Below are positions 25,858 through 38,075 of a stretch of DNA of 64,000 nucleotides, one piece after another; position 1 is the first letter of the stretch; every line of letters begins with the position of its first letter. Below the pieces are notes generated by a model. The model made no database searches. It was not told where the DNA came from and saw only the letters and a list, made by a program, of their open reading frames with translations. This DNA comes from Octopus bimaculoides (taxonomy: Eukaryota): NCBI RefSeq assembly GCF_001194135.2, contig NC_068983.1, positions 22,935,808-22,999,807 of the forward strand, read 5' to 3'. A program made the position numbers and the translations under genes.

Positions 25858-27479
25858 ATAATAATAATAATGATGATGATTTCAAATTTTGGCATGAGGT
25901 CAGCTNNNNNNNNNNNNNNNNNNNNNNNNNNNNNNNNNNNNNNNNTGGGGTGGGGGGAAATAAGTAAATTACATGAACCCCAGTGCTTTAATTGTACCTA
26001 TTTTATCAACCCTGATAGGATGAATAATAAAGTAGAATACTGCTTTTTATTGATAGACATTATTATGGTTTAAAAACAAGAGGGAAATGAAGTTTATAAT
26101 GGCCAAGAATGCACTGTAAGGGAATCTAAATACCTAGTGTTTGGTGAAATAACAGTGCTGATAATAAATAACTCCTTCAGGTAAATGTTTACCATAAAAA
26201 TGTGAGGATTGTGTTGATGATAATGGTGGCGGTGGTGGTGGTGGTGGTGGTAGTAGTGGTGCTGGAAGGTATTAAACCTTATCTCCATTTCACAGAAATT
26301 GCAGTGTTGTTGCTGATGCTGTTGGTGGCAGATTTTTGTTAAAGCTCTTTACTTAATATTAGGATATGATTAGATAATAGTTTAACTTATTTGCATTAGG
26401 CTTGAAGTCTTAGATGGATTTTTATAAACTATTTCTGTTTCTTAGTGGATAATGTGAAGAGATTCACGGATTATCCATGAGTCACAATATTGCACAATAT
26501 TTTGTTGTTCTTTTGTTTTTGTATTTTTCTCCCTCTAAATTGCTTTCATTGATTACTTGATTGTTGTTTGACCCTAGGTCAGTCCTGCTCAGGCAGTCCT
26601 ATGATTTAAAACATTCCAACCATGATCATGTCTTACGTATTCAAGTCTATAAAATCTTGCCATGGTCAACTTTGTCTTTCATCCTTCTGGGGCCGTTGGT
26701 ATCAATTTGCTTGCCTTGTGCCTAAATTAGAAGTCCTAAATCTATAAACAAATTATTAATAATAGTTTATTAATTTGTCTTGAATGTTTTTTTCCTAAGG
26801 AAAGCATATTTATGTGCATTGGCTAAGGTTACAACTGATAATTAAGAGGTTTAGATATAAGACCTCAATAATAATAATAATAATAATAATAATAATCCTT
26901 TCTATTATAGGCACCAGGCCTGATGTTTGTGGGGGGAGTGTTAGTTCATTACATCGACCCTTGTACTTAACTGCTATGCATTTCATCAATTCTAAAAGGA
27001 TGAAAGACAAAGTCAGCCTCAACGGAATTTGAACTCGGAACAGACGAAAATGCTACAAAGCATTTTGCCTGCAATTTTGAGGGGAGAGGTTAGTCAATAC
27101 TATCCATTCCAGTATTTGACTGCTACTTTATTTTATCGACCCTTGAGAGATGAAAGGTAATGTTGATCTCAGCAGGTTTGAACTTAGAACATAAAGAGCC
27201 AGATCAAATATTGCAATGCATTTTACCCCCAACACATTTAACTATTTATTCTGCCAGTGACGCTGATAAACAGTTTCTCTAATTTTCTGTATTTATAATT
27301 GACAAGTGATCAAAGTAAATAAATTGATTCCGAGGTTTAACCTAGATTTTATTAGTTCAAGACCCTGTTTTTTAGTATGACTACAACTACTACTACCACA
27401 TGGGCTTTTAATCTTCACAGCTGATCAAGTCATTGATAGATTACTGGCCAGTATTAATAGGATTATTTTAGTAAATAAT

Positions 27480-27861
27480 GAAACCACACTCCGTGTTCAT
27501 AAACAGCAGTGGTAAGATGCGTAACGCTATCAATTCACCAACTGCCCTCAACCCATCAGGACTTGCTGCCAACAACTTCTGAGCTGAGAGACAACTACCT
27601 TCATTGTTATTGAAGCGTATTTATTACAAATTTACGTTTTGTTTCTGTATCATGAATAATATTTTGTCACACATGAAGTTACTGCTGAAAATAACTGGCA
27701 GCTGGCTGACGGCAAATTTTCTCAAGCAGCTGTTTAACATGTCAGCTTTCGGTCTCCCTCCAAAATCTATCACTTCAACATCTTGACAGAATTTACTGTA
27801 TAATTTGTCATAACTTTTAGCTGTGTTTATTTTCGCTCGGTGCAGATAGTTGGATATAACC
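27480..27861 (+). promoter_or_regulatory. Possible promoter / non-coding first exon
   Basis: Non-repetitive stretch, somewhat richer in CpG, ending at a consensus donor GTAAGT (27862-27867), about 2.46 kb upstream of the 30323 acceptor. Contains two CAGCTG E-boxes (27699, 27727). No transcript evidence. Confidence 0.3.
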
Positions 27862-30322
27862 GTAAGTTTCTAACCATCTTATTTACTTTATTCCGTTCGA
27901 AAAACAAAAGGTATATATATCATTTACTAATTTCTTTGTTTATAAATGATAGGAAGAAATTCTGATTGTGTGCACTAAACCAACAGTCCCAACCTTTGTT
28001 TTGCACCAGGGACCGGAGGAGATCACGCACATAATAAAACACAATCAAATGCATAATATAGAATTGACTTACTACATATAAATTATATATATAATGCAAA
28101 AACGCCCAGCTGACTGCAATCGTCAATAAAATAGAAATGAAATCTAAAACATTTTCTTTCTGTGCCACCCGGTACCAAATGATTCGCGGTCCAGTGGTCA
28201 GAGACAAAAAAATATATTTAATGTATTTTGCTATTTCTGCACATTACAACAAACTAATTAACGATAGGCTGAAACAACTACTAATAATTGCTGATTCTGT
28301 TTCCTTTTTGTTGCTTGTAACTTCATAAACAACCTCCAAGCGCGCCCTTTTATTGTGATTGAATTGTTCCCCCTTTCAGGATTTTTCGTTTACCAAATTG
28401 CCTTTGTTTCCCTTCCCCTGCCCTATTGGGGGTCACCCTATTGTGTCTTTAGGGAGATCTCTATTGTAGTCAGCAGGTGTTTTCTTTTATCACAGTTCAT
28501 TTACATCTGAAGAATTCTATAACTTTTTCTCTACACGTTTTTTTTTCTTCTTTCTGTTGAAGGCCAGTAAATCTGAGTGTTATAGATAATGACTATATAA
28601 TCCAATCAATATACGACTGATGTTACTTCTACAATTACATTAATACGTAAATAACTATTCCGTTTTGATTGGTTCCTCCAACCCACCCCAACTATAAGTG
28701 GATTCTACTTAAAAATTCAAAATGGGTCAATTATCTCACCAATAATTAACCTAATTCTGTCATCAATCCATCTATTCCACTAATGATTGGTCACATTTCT
28801 TAATAATTATTTCACTGACTTTACATAATTCTTTCAAAATTGGAATTCTGTCCGATACTTGTTTATCTGCCCATCCTAACCCCTCCCTACTTAAGAGGAA
28901 AAGTTAGGGGGATGAATAAATGATTATTCAACATATTATATTAGAATTTTTTTTTATATGTGGTATTGACATATAAATGGTGTCTTGAGTCATAAATTGA
29001 TTTTGTTTTTAATCTACATCTTCAATAATGGGTATGGGCAACCTTTTTTGAGAAGTTAGTCTCATTACTAAAAAAAAAAAATCCAAGGTGATTTTTCATT
29101 TGGTGTACCATTCGGAAATTCTTGTGGGCTGCAAGTTGCACATAACTGTTCTATAGCTAAATCTACCACTTTGTCTTTGCATTAATCCATTCTCTCCTTT
29201 CATTCATTTCATTCTCTCCTGGGCAAGTTTCTGATAAACATTTTACGCATTTTAAAAACGGGTTTGTTAGCATTTTGCATTGTATTTTTAAATATTTGCA
29301 GCTTTAAATTTATTTTTCGTGTTGGAATAATTGGGTAATGAATGCATTGTAGATGTGTATTGAAGAATGATTTTGATTCAGTTTATGTTTTGAAGCATGG
29401 TAGTAATTGGAAAGAATTGATAGACCATTAGAGGAACTATATTGCAGTATTTCTTTCGGTTTCATGTATTCTGATTTCAAATCTTCTCAAGGTCAACTTT
29501 GCCTTTCATCATTCTAGCATTGATAAAAAAATAAAGTACTAGTCTAGAAGGGAGGATGGAGTGGTAGAATTATTAGAGCATCAGACAGGAGGCCACGCAG
29601 CATATCTTCTGCTCATTGTATTTTGAGTTCAAACTGCAATATGCCTTCTTGGGTGATAAACTTATTTCATTACCCAGTTTAACACCACCACTTGATCTTT
29701 AGTTCTGTTATAAGCACTCAGTTCAGGTTTCCAGTTTGATGACAACTCATCCGCTCTCTCCTTCCAGTCTCAGTTCAGTGGTCCTAATAAAGGATTATGG
29801 GTAGCAACCTTCCCTTTTGGTTAAGAAATTTTAAAGTTTCAAAGAAATCAAACTATATTTTTCTGCATATAAGTCGATATAGTATAAACATTCAGACATC
29901 ACCACTATCTCTCCAAATCCTGCTGCATTTCATATGGAAGTTTTGGTCCTCCAATATGGTTTTGGTATATTAGTTGACCTCTTTTTTTGGCCTGAATAAT
30001 TTGTCTTGTATGCCTGAATGTATGGTAGTTAGGCAGTGCCAGAAATCTCAAACGATTTTGTCTAATAATCTTGCATGTGATGAGAGACTTTAGATACAAG
30101 ATGAAAGTAAATCTTACATCAGTAGTAACTTCCTTTTTGTACTGGCTGAATTACAAAATCATCTCATCACCTATTTATTTTATACTTGACCAGACAAAAA
30201 ATGTAGCAAAAAAATATGTAACTTTTGTGTATTGTTTATTTTAACATGTTTATTTTCATTCTGAAAAGTAAGTTAAATTGTTTTTTTGTTATTAACTAAA
30301 GGTTGGTTTATTTTATTTGCAG

Positions 30323-30427
30323 ATGATATAATCCAAAACCATCTCCCTATCAAATCCGGTCCACAGAATCTCTTAACATACTTTCGCATTCAATAACTTT
30401 TTTCGCTTTGTTGTTCTTTGTGTCACC
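30323..30427 (+). other. 5' UTR part of the start-codon exon, beginning with a minimal uORF ATG-ATA-TAA (30323-30331)
   Basis: Follows the AG acceptor at 30321-30322. Stops occur at 30324 (TGA), 30329 and 30374 (TAA, in frame with the main ORF) and 30394 (TAA). Confidence 0.7.
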
Positions 30428-30790
30428 ATGGAGAATTACGTGCAACAACAAGAGTTTTCTGAAGCTAAAAACCGGATAAGTTTATTTGAATCAGAATTTG
30501 AAGATGGTTGGTTCCTGCAAAAGCTGATGAAAGAGAACTCTCCCTCCTTTCCTAAACGTCGTAGACTGGAAGACGATGCTCAGAGTTGCATCAGCAGCAG
30601 GACCGATTCACCAGTATCTGTTGACAGCTTCATGGATGAAAGTTTCTGTCCTACACCAACTGACTCTCCTTCCACTCGGGTGGCAACACTATCGGATTTT
30701 AAAAAACATTATAAAAAGGATGAACTGTGGGCTGCTATTGAATCTAATTACCAATATCTTATGGATGATGAAATCATTGAGACATGTAGG
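30428..30790 (+). CDS. First coding exon (121 codons, MENYVQQQ...DEIIETCR) of a large-intron gene; tentatively klarsicht/AKAP6/nesprin-like spectrin-repeat protein
   Basis: Acceptor ttttatttgcAG ends at 30322 and donor AGG|GTAAGT is at 30790/30791 (phase 0). ATG is in a strong Kozak context (gtcaccATGG). All three frames between 30323 and 30427 contain stops, so this ATG is the start. The peptide is high-complexity with PKRRRLE (NLS-like) and the helix ELWAAIESNYQYLMDDEIIETC. The family name is recalled similarity only; no search was run. Confidence 0.85.
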
Positions 30791-33159
30791 GTAAGTCACA
30801 ACTATTACTTATGAAATATATTTTTGCTTTCAATTTTATTTCTTTTCATGCTAGTAACAGATGAGCTACAGATTTATTTGAGACAGAATTTTACTGCCTG
30901 ATGCTCTTCTTGTTGCTCACCTTTAACTGTTTTCCAAGAAGAGATTTTTTTGAAATATTTTTTATTTCACTAGTCATAATATCAACATGGAATGTAAACA
31001 TCATATCAACATTTCACTCAGGCAGTGACAAGTGAAGTCACATGGAATGATAACATTCATATACATATGCATACACAAAGACATGTCATGCATATATGAC
31101 AAGCTTCCTCACAATTTTTGTCTATCAAATTCACTCATGAAGTATTATTCTGCCAGGACTATAGTAGAAGATACTTGATTAAAGTGCCACACAGTTGAAC
31201 CAAACCTGAAACTATATGGTTACAAAGCAAACTTCTTAACTACACAGCCATGCCTATCCGGATCCAAAAACAAAATATGTTAAGACTATAATGTAATTAC
31301 TAAAGTACCAATACAGTTGTTACAAATAAATGTATATATAGATTCATTACCATATGTGTTTAGTCTCTATGTGAAAGTCAACCCATGAGGGTATTTTTGG
31401 TGGTCCAGGCCAAGGATTAAACTGATTGCTTTCATTGCTATCTACCAGTTCATCAGGATTTGTTACCGTCTCCCTCCCAAACTACTGATATGAGCTGAAA
31501 GTTACTTTAAATGTAAACACATATATATATATATAGGAACAAATTCAATTGACACTATGAGGTTGATGACCAAGAAATAATTACAAGCACTAAGCATTTT
31601 TAAGTGACATCTTTTTCAAGTGTGACTGTTCTTGAAATAAGGGTTCTTTCTGTCTTAAAAATGATAATTCAAGTAAACAAAATATTATTTTGTAGAAACT
31701 TCTCATTTTCAATATCCTTTCTTTTAGGATAGCTTGTTACTTTTTAACTGTTTTGCTGTCACATGAGTTATAGTGGTAGTTATCAATCAATATATCACCA
31801 ATAATTACATGTAATATGTGGTTCCAATTTACCAAGACTATTGCTGCTGCTGTTGCAACAGGCCCTGCTCTTCTCAACTAGGTAACTGCACACCACTTCA
31901 ACACAGCCAAAATGACACACCTATTTCCTTCTTTCTCCTCATTCTTACATATTTCACCCCACTCCTAGCTAGGCCTTACACTTGACTCTTTAAACAGTCA
32001 TTTCCTCATAAGCTGCAATCCTTTAGAATTCTTCTCCAATCGTATTTTTCAGGGGTATATAATATAGGTCTCTTGCTTGTGTAAAGAAAAAGAAAAATAA
32101 AAGTATCAGTAATTCATGCTGGGTGCAGAAGAGTTCTGATTTGTTTAGTTAAGTGGTTGTTGTTGTAATAAACAAACCAACAACAGGAGACGAAGTAGTT
32201 GGATGAAGTTTGTCACACGTCACAATGGAAATAATGCAAGACTGTAACACATTGTAGCACAATGCTATGTTGTAATATTGTACACATGTCCAATCCCTTC
32301 CAGATTAGAGAAGGGTGCCACTATACAGTCACTCAACCTGCTAGAAATAGCTACAAAATTCCCTGCCCAATATCCCTCAGTTTTTAAAAATGGTTATATA
32401 TTAGATAATGAAATCTTAAGTACAGCTAAAAAGATGTGAGGTTGGGTTTCCTTAATATAACATGTCACTTAAACTGGTTATTCTTTGGATGACTGATCTG
32501 CTCGATCAAGGCTGACTTGTGACTAAACAATTTTAGCTTAAGAAAATTAATTATTATTGGTGATGCTGATAATGATAAATCTTATGATTTATAACTTCTT
32601 ACTCTGTAGGTCAGTATTGACCCAGGCATCATAAGAACATACACAATGCTACTTCAGGCATTGTGGTTTGTATTTTATCTTTTTTCATGTTTTTGTACTT
32701 TTTTTCTTTTTCCCAACAAACCACTTAACTTTAAATGTCAACTCAGAAAGTTGGGGGTCTCCTTAATATAGCATGATGTCACTTAAATATTTCCAGCAAT
32801 GAATTATGATACTACTGAACTTCAAGATGCTTGACAGGAAAAAAAAGTTTTAATATCTTACATTGAAACTTTGTACAGTCATTATGTTATGTGATTTATG
32901 TATGAGAAGACATATTGCCCTACTTGAACTCAGTGAAACTAACAGAAATTGGTTGGCAATATCTCACATATGTCAGTAGTGTGTTTAAAGCAACAAAATA
33001 ATGATAATGTCCAACTGTATTAAAAAATTTATTTAATGGATCTGTTTTGAAGAACAACTAAAAATTTCAACTGCATCAACAAACTTAAAGCATGTAAATT
33101 CCCCCAGTTGGTCATATAATACTTGCTGCTTTGTCCCTTCCCCCTAATCCAACCTTGAC

Positions 33160-34430
33160 TATGATGGTGATGGTGGTCTTATTGACGTCATATTGGAATC
33201 CGGATCCAGCCACATCATACCTTTCTTTCCAGAAATGATGCCACGGGATTGATTTTTGGTGCTTCTTCAAAATCTACATTTCAACTCAGATGAGAACCAG
33301 GATGACAAGCTGCACCAAATATGTCCTATCATTGACGAAGTGGCTGAAAATTTCAGAATGGATATTTGTATAAATGAGAGTTTGTGGAGATTCAAGGGAA
33401 GGCTCTAATTCAAATAATACAACCCAACCAAATATGCCCACTTTGAAGTTAAGATTTATAAAGTTTGCCAGTCAACTGGCAGAGCCTTTGGGTAAATGTG
33501 GAGTTGTGAAATCTACACTGGTCAGGACAGATTGCATCTTCCAGTGTCTGCTCTAGCATCAATTGATATCATGTTGTCACTGAATGAAAACGTGTTTGAC
33601 AAAGGCTACAGTTTCTATACAGAGAACTGGTTTTCCAGTCCAGACCTTTTCCTGCAGCTGTAGGTGAGGAGGACTAATGCCTGTGGGACTATGAGGATGC
33701 ACAGGAAAAAACATGCCACCCAATCTTCACAAGATAAAACTTTGAAAGGGGGAAACAGTGTACCAATGCACCAATAGTGGCATTCTCACTCCAGTGTGGC
33801 GTGGCAAGAAAAACGTCTGAATGTTAACCACAATGCATTCTGAAAGCATGAAGGACATTAGGAAACAACATGCAGACAGTAATGCTATAATGAAATTGAG
33901 TGTAGTTGTTTCATACAATGAAGGGATGGGCGGGGTTGACTGCTCAGATCAGCTGACAACACACAAATTGATGAGAAAATTTGTGAAATGGTGCAAAAAA
34001 CTTTTCTTGTATATAGTTGACGTGTGTAGTGATTTAATGTTTGATTTGGCAGATGCTTGGCAGTGTGGGGGATGGATTGACCAGGAATCTATTGTTCCAT
34101 GAAATGATAGAAGCATCAGACCTGCCAAAGTACAGAAGGTGTGGACATCCCCAAGCCGGACTCTCTCCTTACCACATGGTAAAGGGACATGGACGTCCCC
34201 ACACCAGACTCTCTCCTCACTGCATAGTGAAGGGACATGGAAATTTTCTATGATTGTTACCCCCCCCCCCACACACACACACACACCGCCAAGAAGACAA
34301 ATGCTTCAGTGATGCACAGTATGTAAAGCAAAAGGGAAAAGTTAGGAAACTAGGCACCATTGTTCACAATGTAATCTGCCAGTGTGTGGTACCCTGTTTA
34401 GATCTCTTCCACACTGAAGTTAATTTTTGA
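33160..34430 (+). pseudogene. piggyBac transposase pseudogene (PGBD4-like, 5'-truncated)
   Basis: Motifs in order: YWNPDP, FLVLLQNLHFN, DICINESLWRFKGRL*, KGYSFYTENWFSSP, NACGTMRMHRKNMP, VVVSYNEGMGGVDCSDQ, RKFVKWCKKLF and the C-terminal Cys-rich CTVC..CSQCNLPVC..PCLDLFH. There are multiple stops and frameshifts. The first two catalytic Asp positions read N (NESL) and E (ENWF). Confidence 0.9.
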
Positions 34431-36304
34431 ATTCATGTGATTGTAAAAACATGAAGTTGATCTGACTTGTGCTGTCAAGTGATCTTATTCAGGAATAATA
34501 CTGCATGAGTGTCCTGCACAGGGGTATAGTTTAGATAAATAAACAGTACTTGCACTAAAGCAGTTGACGTAAATATAAGCCAAATGTTATCTCACACTGA
34601 GTACTGACCTCAATCAGCACGATTACTGTTGCCGTATTCAAGCAACCAAATAAATCACTGCCATAAACTGGTTAAAGCGGTTAATGTAAATATATACCAA
34701 ACCATTGTCGTACACTAATTGCTGATCTTAGCCAAGATGATTGCCATCAATGCAGCATAGTTGCTTGATAAAAAAAACAAACCTGTTGTCATGGGGTTAA
34801 ACATCTTGGTTAAGATAAAAATTCTTTAACCTTTCTTGTGGTATTTGATAGATTCACCTCTACCAGTTCTTTCAAAGATACCTTTATAATTAGTTTAACC
34901 CTTTTGATACCAACCTACCTGAGACTGCTCCTGGTTCCATGATATGAAATCCCTGCTTTGAAGGGATCTCAATTAAAACTGTCCATGAGAATTTTATGTT
35001 CATTTATGTTCCAAACAATCAGCTTAACAATGTTAGATATTATTAAATTCTTCATTATTTTTAAAATTAAATTAAAATAATAGCAGTATATTTCCTTAGA
35101 AACATGGTAACAAATGGTTAATATTTTATGGAAGAGAGAAAAAAAGGGATTAATAAAGATACATAAGGAATTTTATGTAGGGATACCCTGAGATATGGAA
35201 TGTATTTCCAGGTTTCTGTAAGAGTAAAATGGTTTGTAAATACTGCTGTAGAGTCTTTTTCCTTTTGATATTTCAACTGGCTGTATGTTCAGTCTGTTTT
35301 ATGATTAATCCACACCAACCAATAATGTCATTCTAAAAATAAGCAATTACATTATCAAAATCTTGAAGCTTCAAGATAATGCATGATTAATTTAAAACCG
35401 TGTAAATAAATAAGCATTACATTTGACCCAGTAAAGGGTTGAAATAAAGACCCTTGGATAATATAGACCTGGATATACAAGAAACTAAGAATAAACATCA
35501 ACAACAGCAACTTAAATGACAATTGGAAGGCCAAGTCAGCTATGAAATTGTTTTTGGTACTGCACTGTCTATATGACCGATATATTTTTCTCTCACAACC
35601 TTCTCTGCCCCAGTGTACCTAGCTGTAAATAAGTACCATAGGAGTGTACAGTTCTCTACAGAAAATATCTGGAGCACTGTACACAATGCTCCAACTGTCT
35701 TGTTTTGTTTCTTGTAATGAGTTCAAAGTGAAGTTAGTATAAATGAGCAATACAATGACAAAACTTATGAATTTTGTATGAATGCAGTGTTGTTGTTTTG
35801 TAGATTGATTTATTAGCTAATTGGATAGTGTTGCCTAACAACGATGTCATAATCAGTGCAGCAAAGTCATTCTTTGTAATGTATTCACTCATCTATGTTC
35901 ACTTGGCAGTCATCAAAGACATATTTGATGTAGTCTGAAACAAACATTTTGTTACTGTTGTTGCTGTAGTTATTGTTTTCATCACACAACATTCTGACAG
36001 TCATATCTTTGATGCACATACAGATTTAAAATATGAATCTTGATCATGATGCATTGACAGAGAAGCATTTTTGAAAATTCAGATCAATAATGCAAATTAC
36101 CTTAAAAAATAAAAACCTAAAACACTTTTTTTTATAATATGCAGATTCTTTTGCAGCAGGTGGCCATCACAATCATAAACTGCATATTATTGAACCATTG
36201 TCTAACATGTTTAGCATAACTTTTCAAAGAAATAAAATACCTGGTGTGTATTCATTTACAAAAGTCACACTAATTCACAAAAACTAGTCAGATTCAGTTA
36301 AACA

Positions 36305-38075
36305 ATTACCATTTGTTGTGCTCATGTTGTAAAAGTAATGGAATCTTCTATACAAAAGAAATTAGTTGAATATTTGCATCAGAATAAATTAGTTCCCAAA
36401 TTTCAGCATGGTTTTATGAACAAAAGATCTATAGTATCTCAACTTTTATTATGGTCTACTGAATGGACTTTTGTTGATCAGAATTCCAGTTATGAGTTAC
36501 TTATTTAGATATAAACAAAAAGCTTTCATGGAATATCTCACTCAAAATTACTAAAAATTAAAGAAAAAAAGTAGAAGAAATTTAAATCGTTTGGAATTAG
36601 AAACAAAATTTTATGACAGTTCAAAAACAATAGGAAAATAATGAACACTGTTTGTATTACAAAAAATAGTTTCTGTAATTGAGCTTGTCACATTTAGAGT
36701 ACTGCAGAATAGCCATCTTTAGCCAATAGCTTTTCTGGTTTATATAAATGAGTTGCACAAAGTAATTTGGTTTTTCTGTTATAATTTATCCCTTTAGAAT
36801 TTTAAACTAGCTATATCCGACCCAAATAATCTACCAGTTTTATGATCAAACTGGCCATATCTGACTCAAATATTCTGGTCAGAGCCAGTTTCTCACCCCT
36901 GCCCTTCATTGTCATTCTGAAAATAAACAATTACACCATAAAAATCTCAAAGCTTCAAGATAATGTGTGATTAATTCAAAACAATGTAATTGAATAAGCA
37001 TTACATTTGACAAAATAATCTGAATGGTGAAGGATTAAAGTTGTATGTAAATACATGGTTCTTATGGGTTTAAACAGTGCAGTTGTTTTTGGTTATTCAA
37101 AAATGTTAGGTTTTTACACTTTGCTTTTTAAAATCTTGAATGTCAAGTAGTTCTTGTATATAGCTAAAATTCCCAAGGTTTTTAACATCTCTGATCTGGG
37201 AATTATTGTAAGTAATGATTTGAAATTTTCATGACATTGTTCTAAAGTCAGCTCCAAATGTTACATGTGATGTTTAAGATTTTTCAATCACAAGAGAAAT
37301 TATATAAAATTTATGTCCATCCTCAATTTGAATATGCCACAAGGATCTGGAGTCCTTATGGATCTATTTTAAAACGGGGGCACCAGTTTTCATTTATGTT
37401 TTATGTAGTGTTTTTGGTACGGAAAGACTTTCAAACTTCGTATACTTATCTATTTTATATTATAGAACAGAAAAATATTTTTGTATTCGAATTTATTTCA
37501 TGTAAAAAATTGTCTTATTTCGATAATTTCTACTAATCACTGACGTCTATTCAGTTGAAAACAGTTAGCGCTGTAACGGTGTATATCGTATTAATCCCCT
37601 AACCCTAACTAGAATGTTAACCGTAACCCTAACCCTAACCCTAAAACTAACCCTAACTCTAGAATCCGAACTCTAAAATTGTTACACACATAGATATGCA
37701 CAGCGTAATTTATTATATAAACAATATATGCGTATAAATTACGATTAAACCGGATGAAATATGTCACAGGGAATAACATTTTTATGACCGCCCAGCAGTC
37801 ACTCTATTGAGCAAAATAGACTTCAGTGATTGGTTGAAATTACAGAAATACGACAACTTTAACATGGAATAACTTGCGAATTCCTTTTTTTTTTGTTAAG
37901 AAGACTAAGAGTAAAAGATGTTTTATATGACACATTCTACCAGTGTCCCAAGTTTCAAAGTGTTTCGTTAGTGTTTCGTTAAGAAAATACTGGCGCCCCC
38001 GTCTTAAAATAGATCCGTCCTTATTTGTTAAAAGATGTTGACTATATTAAGCTAGTGCAACAGAATTTTACAAAA
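36305..38075 (+). mobile_element. Degenerate CR1/L2-type LINE reverse-transcriptase fossil, interrupted by a piggyBac MITE and the Merlin-like element
   Basis: Conceptual translation gives KVMESSIQKKLVEYLHQNKLVPKFQHGFMNKRSIVSQLL, AFLVYINELH, DLGIIVSNDLKFS, LYKIYVHPQFEYATRIWSPY and, after the insertion, LLKDVDYIKLVQQNFTK. These match typical CR1-clade RT and C-terminal motifs, with many stops and frameshifts. Confidence 0.8.
37360..38016. mobile_element. Merlin/IS1016-like non-autonomous DNA transposon, copy 2 (complete), with internal (CCCTAA)n
   Basis: 28-bp TIR GGATCTATTTTAA(A/G)ACGGGGGC(A/G)CCAGT with 2 mismatches. Perfect 8-bp TSD GTCCTTAT at 37352-37359 and 38017-38024. Imperfect subterminal inverted arms of ~190 bp. 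Telomere-like tract at ~37595-37657. 5'-GG termini with an 8-bp TSD fit Merlin better than hAT or P (inference). Confidence 0.8.

Noticed and set aside
31400-31470. Minus-strand CTGATGA...GAAA spacing
   Set aside because: No helix II pairing and no NUH or helix I, so it is not a hammerhead.
32440-32790. ~35-bp dispersed direct repeat (CCTTAATATA..ATGTCACTTAAA) about 310 bp apart
   Set aside because: Short and imperfect, with no TSD, LTR or other structure; likely a local duplication.
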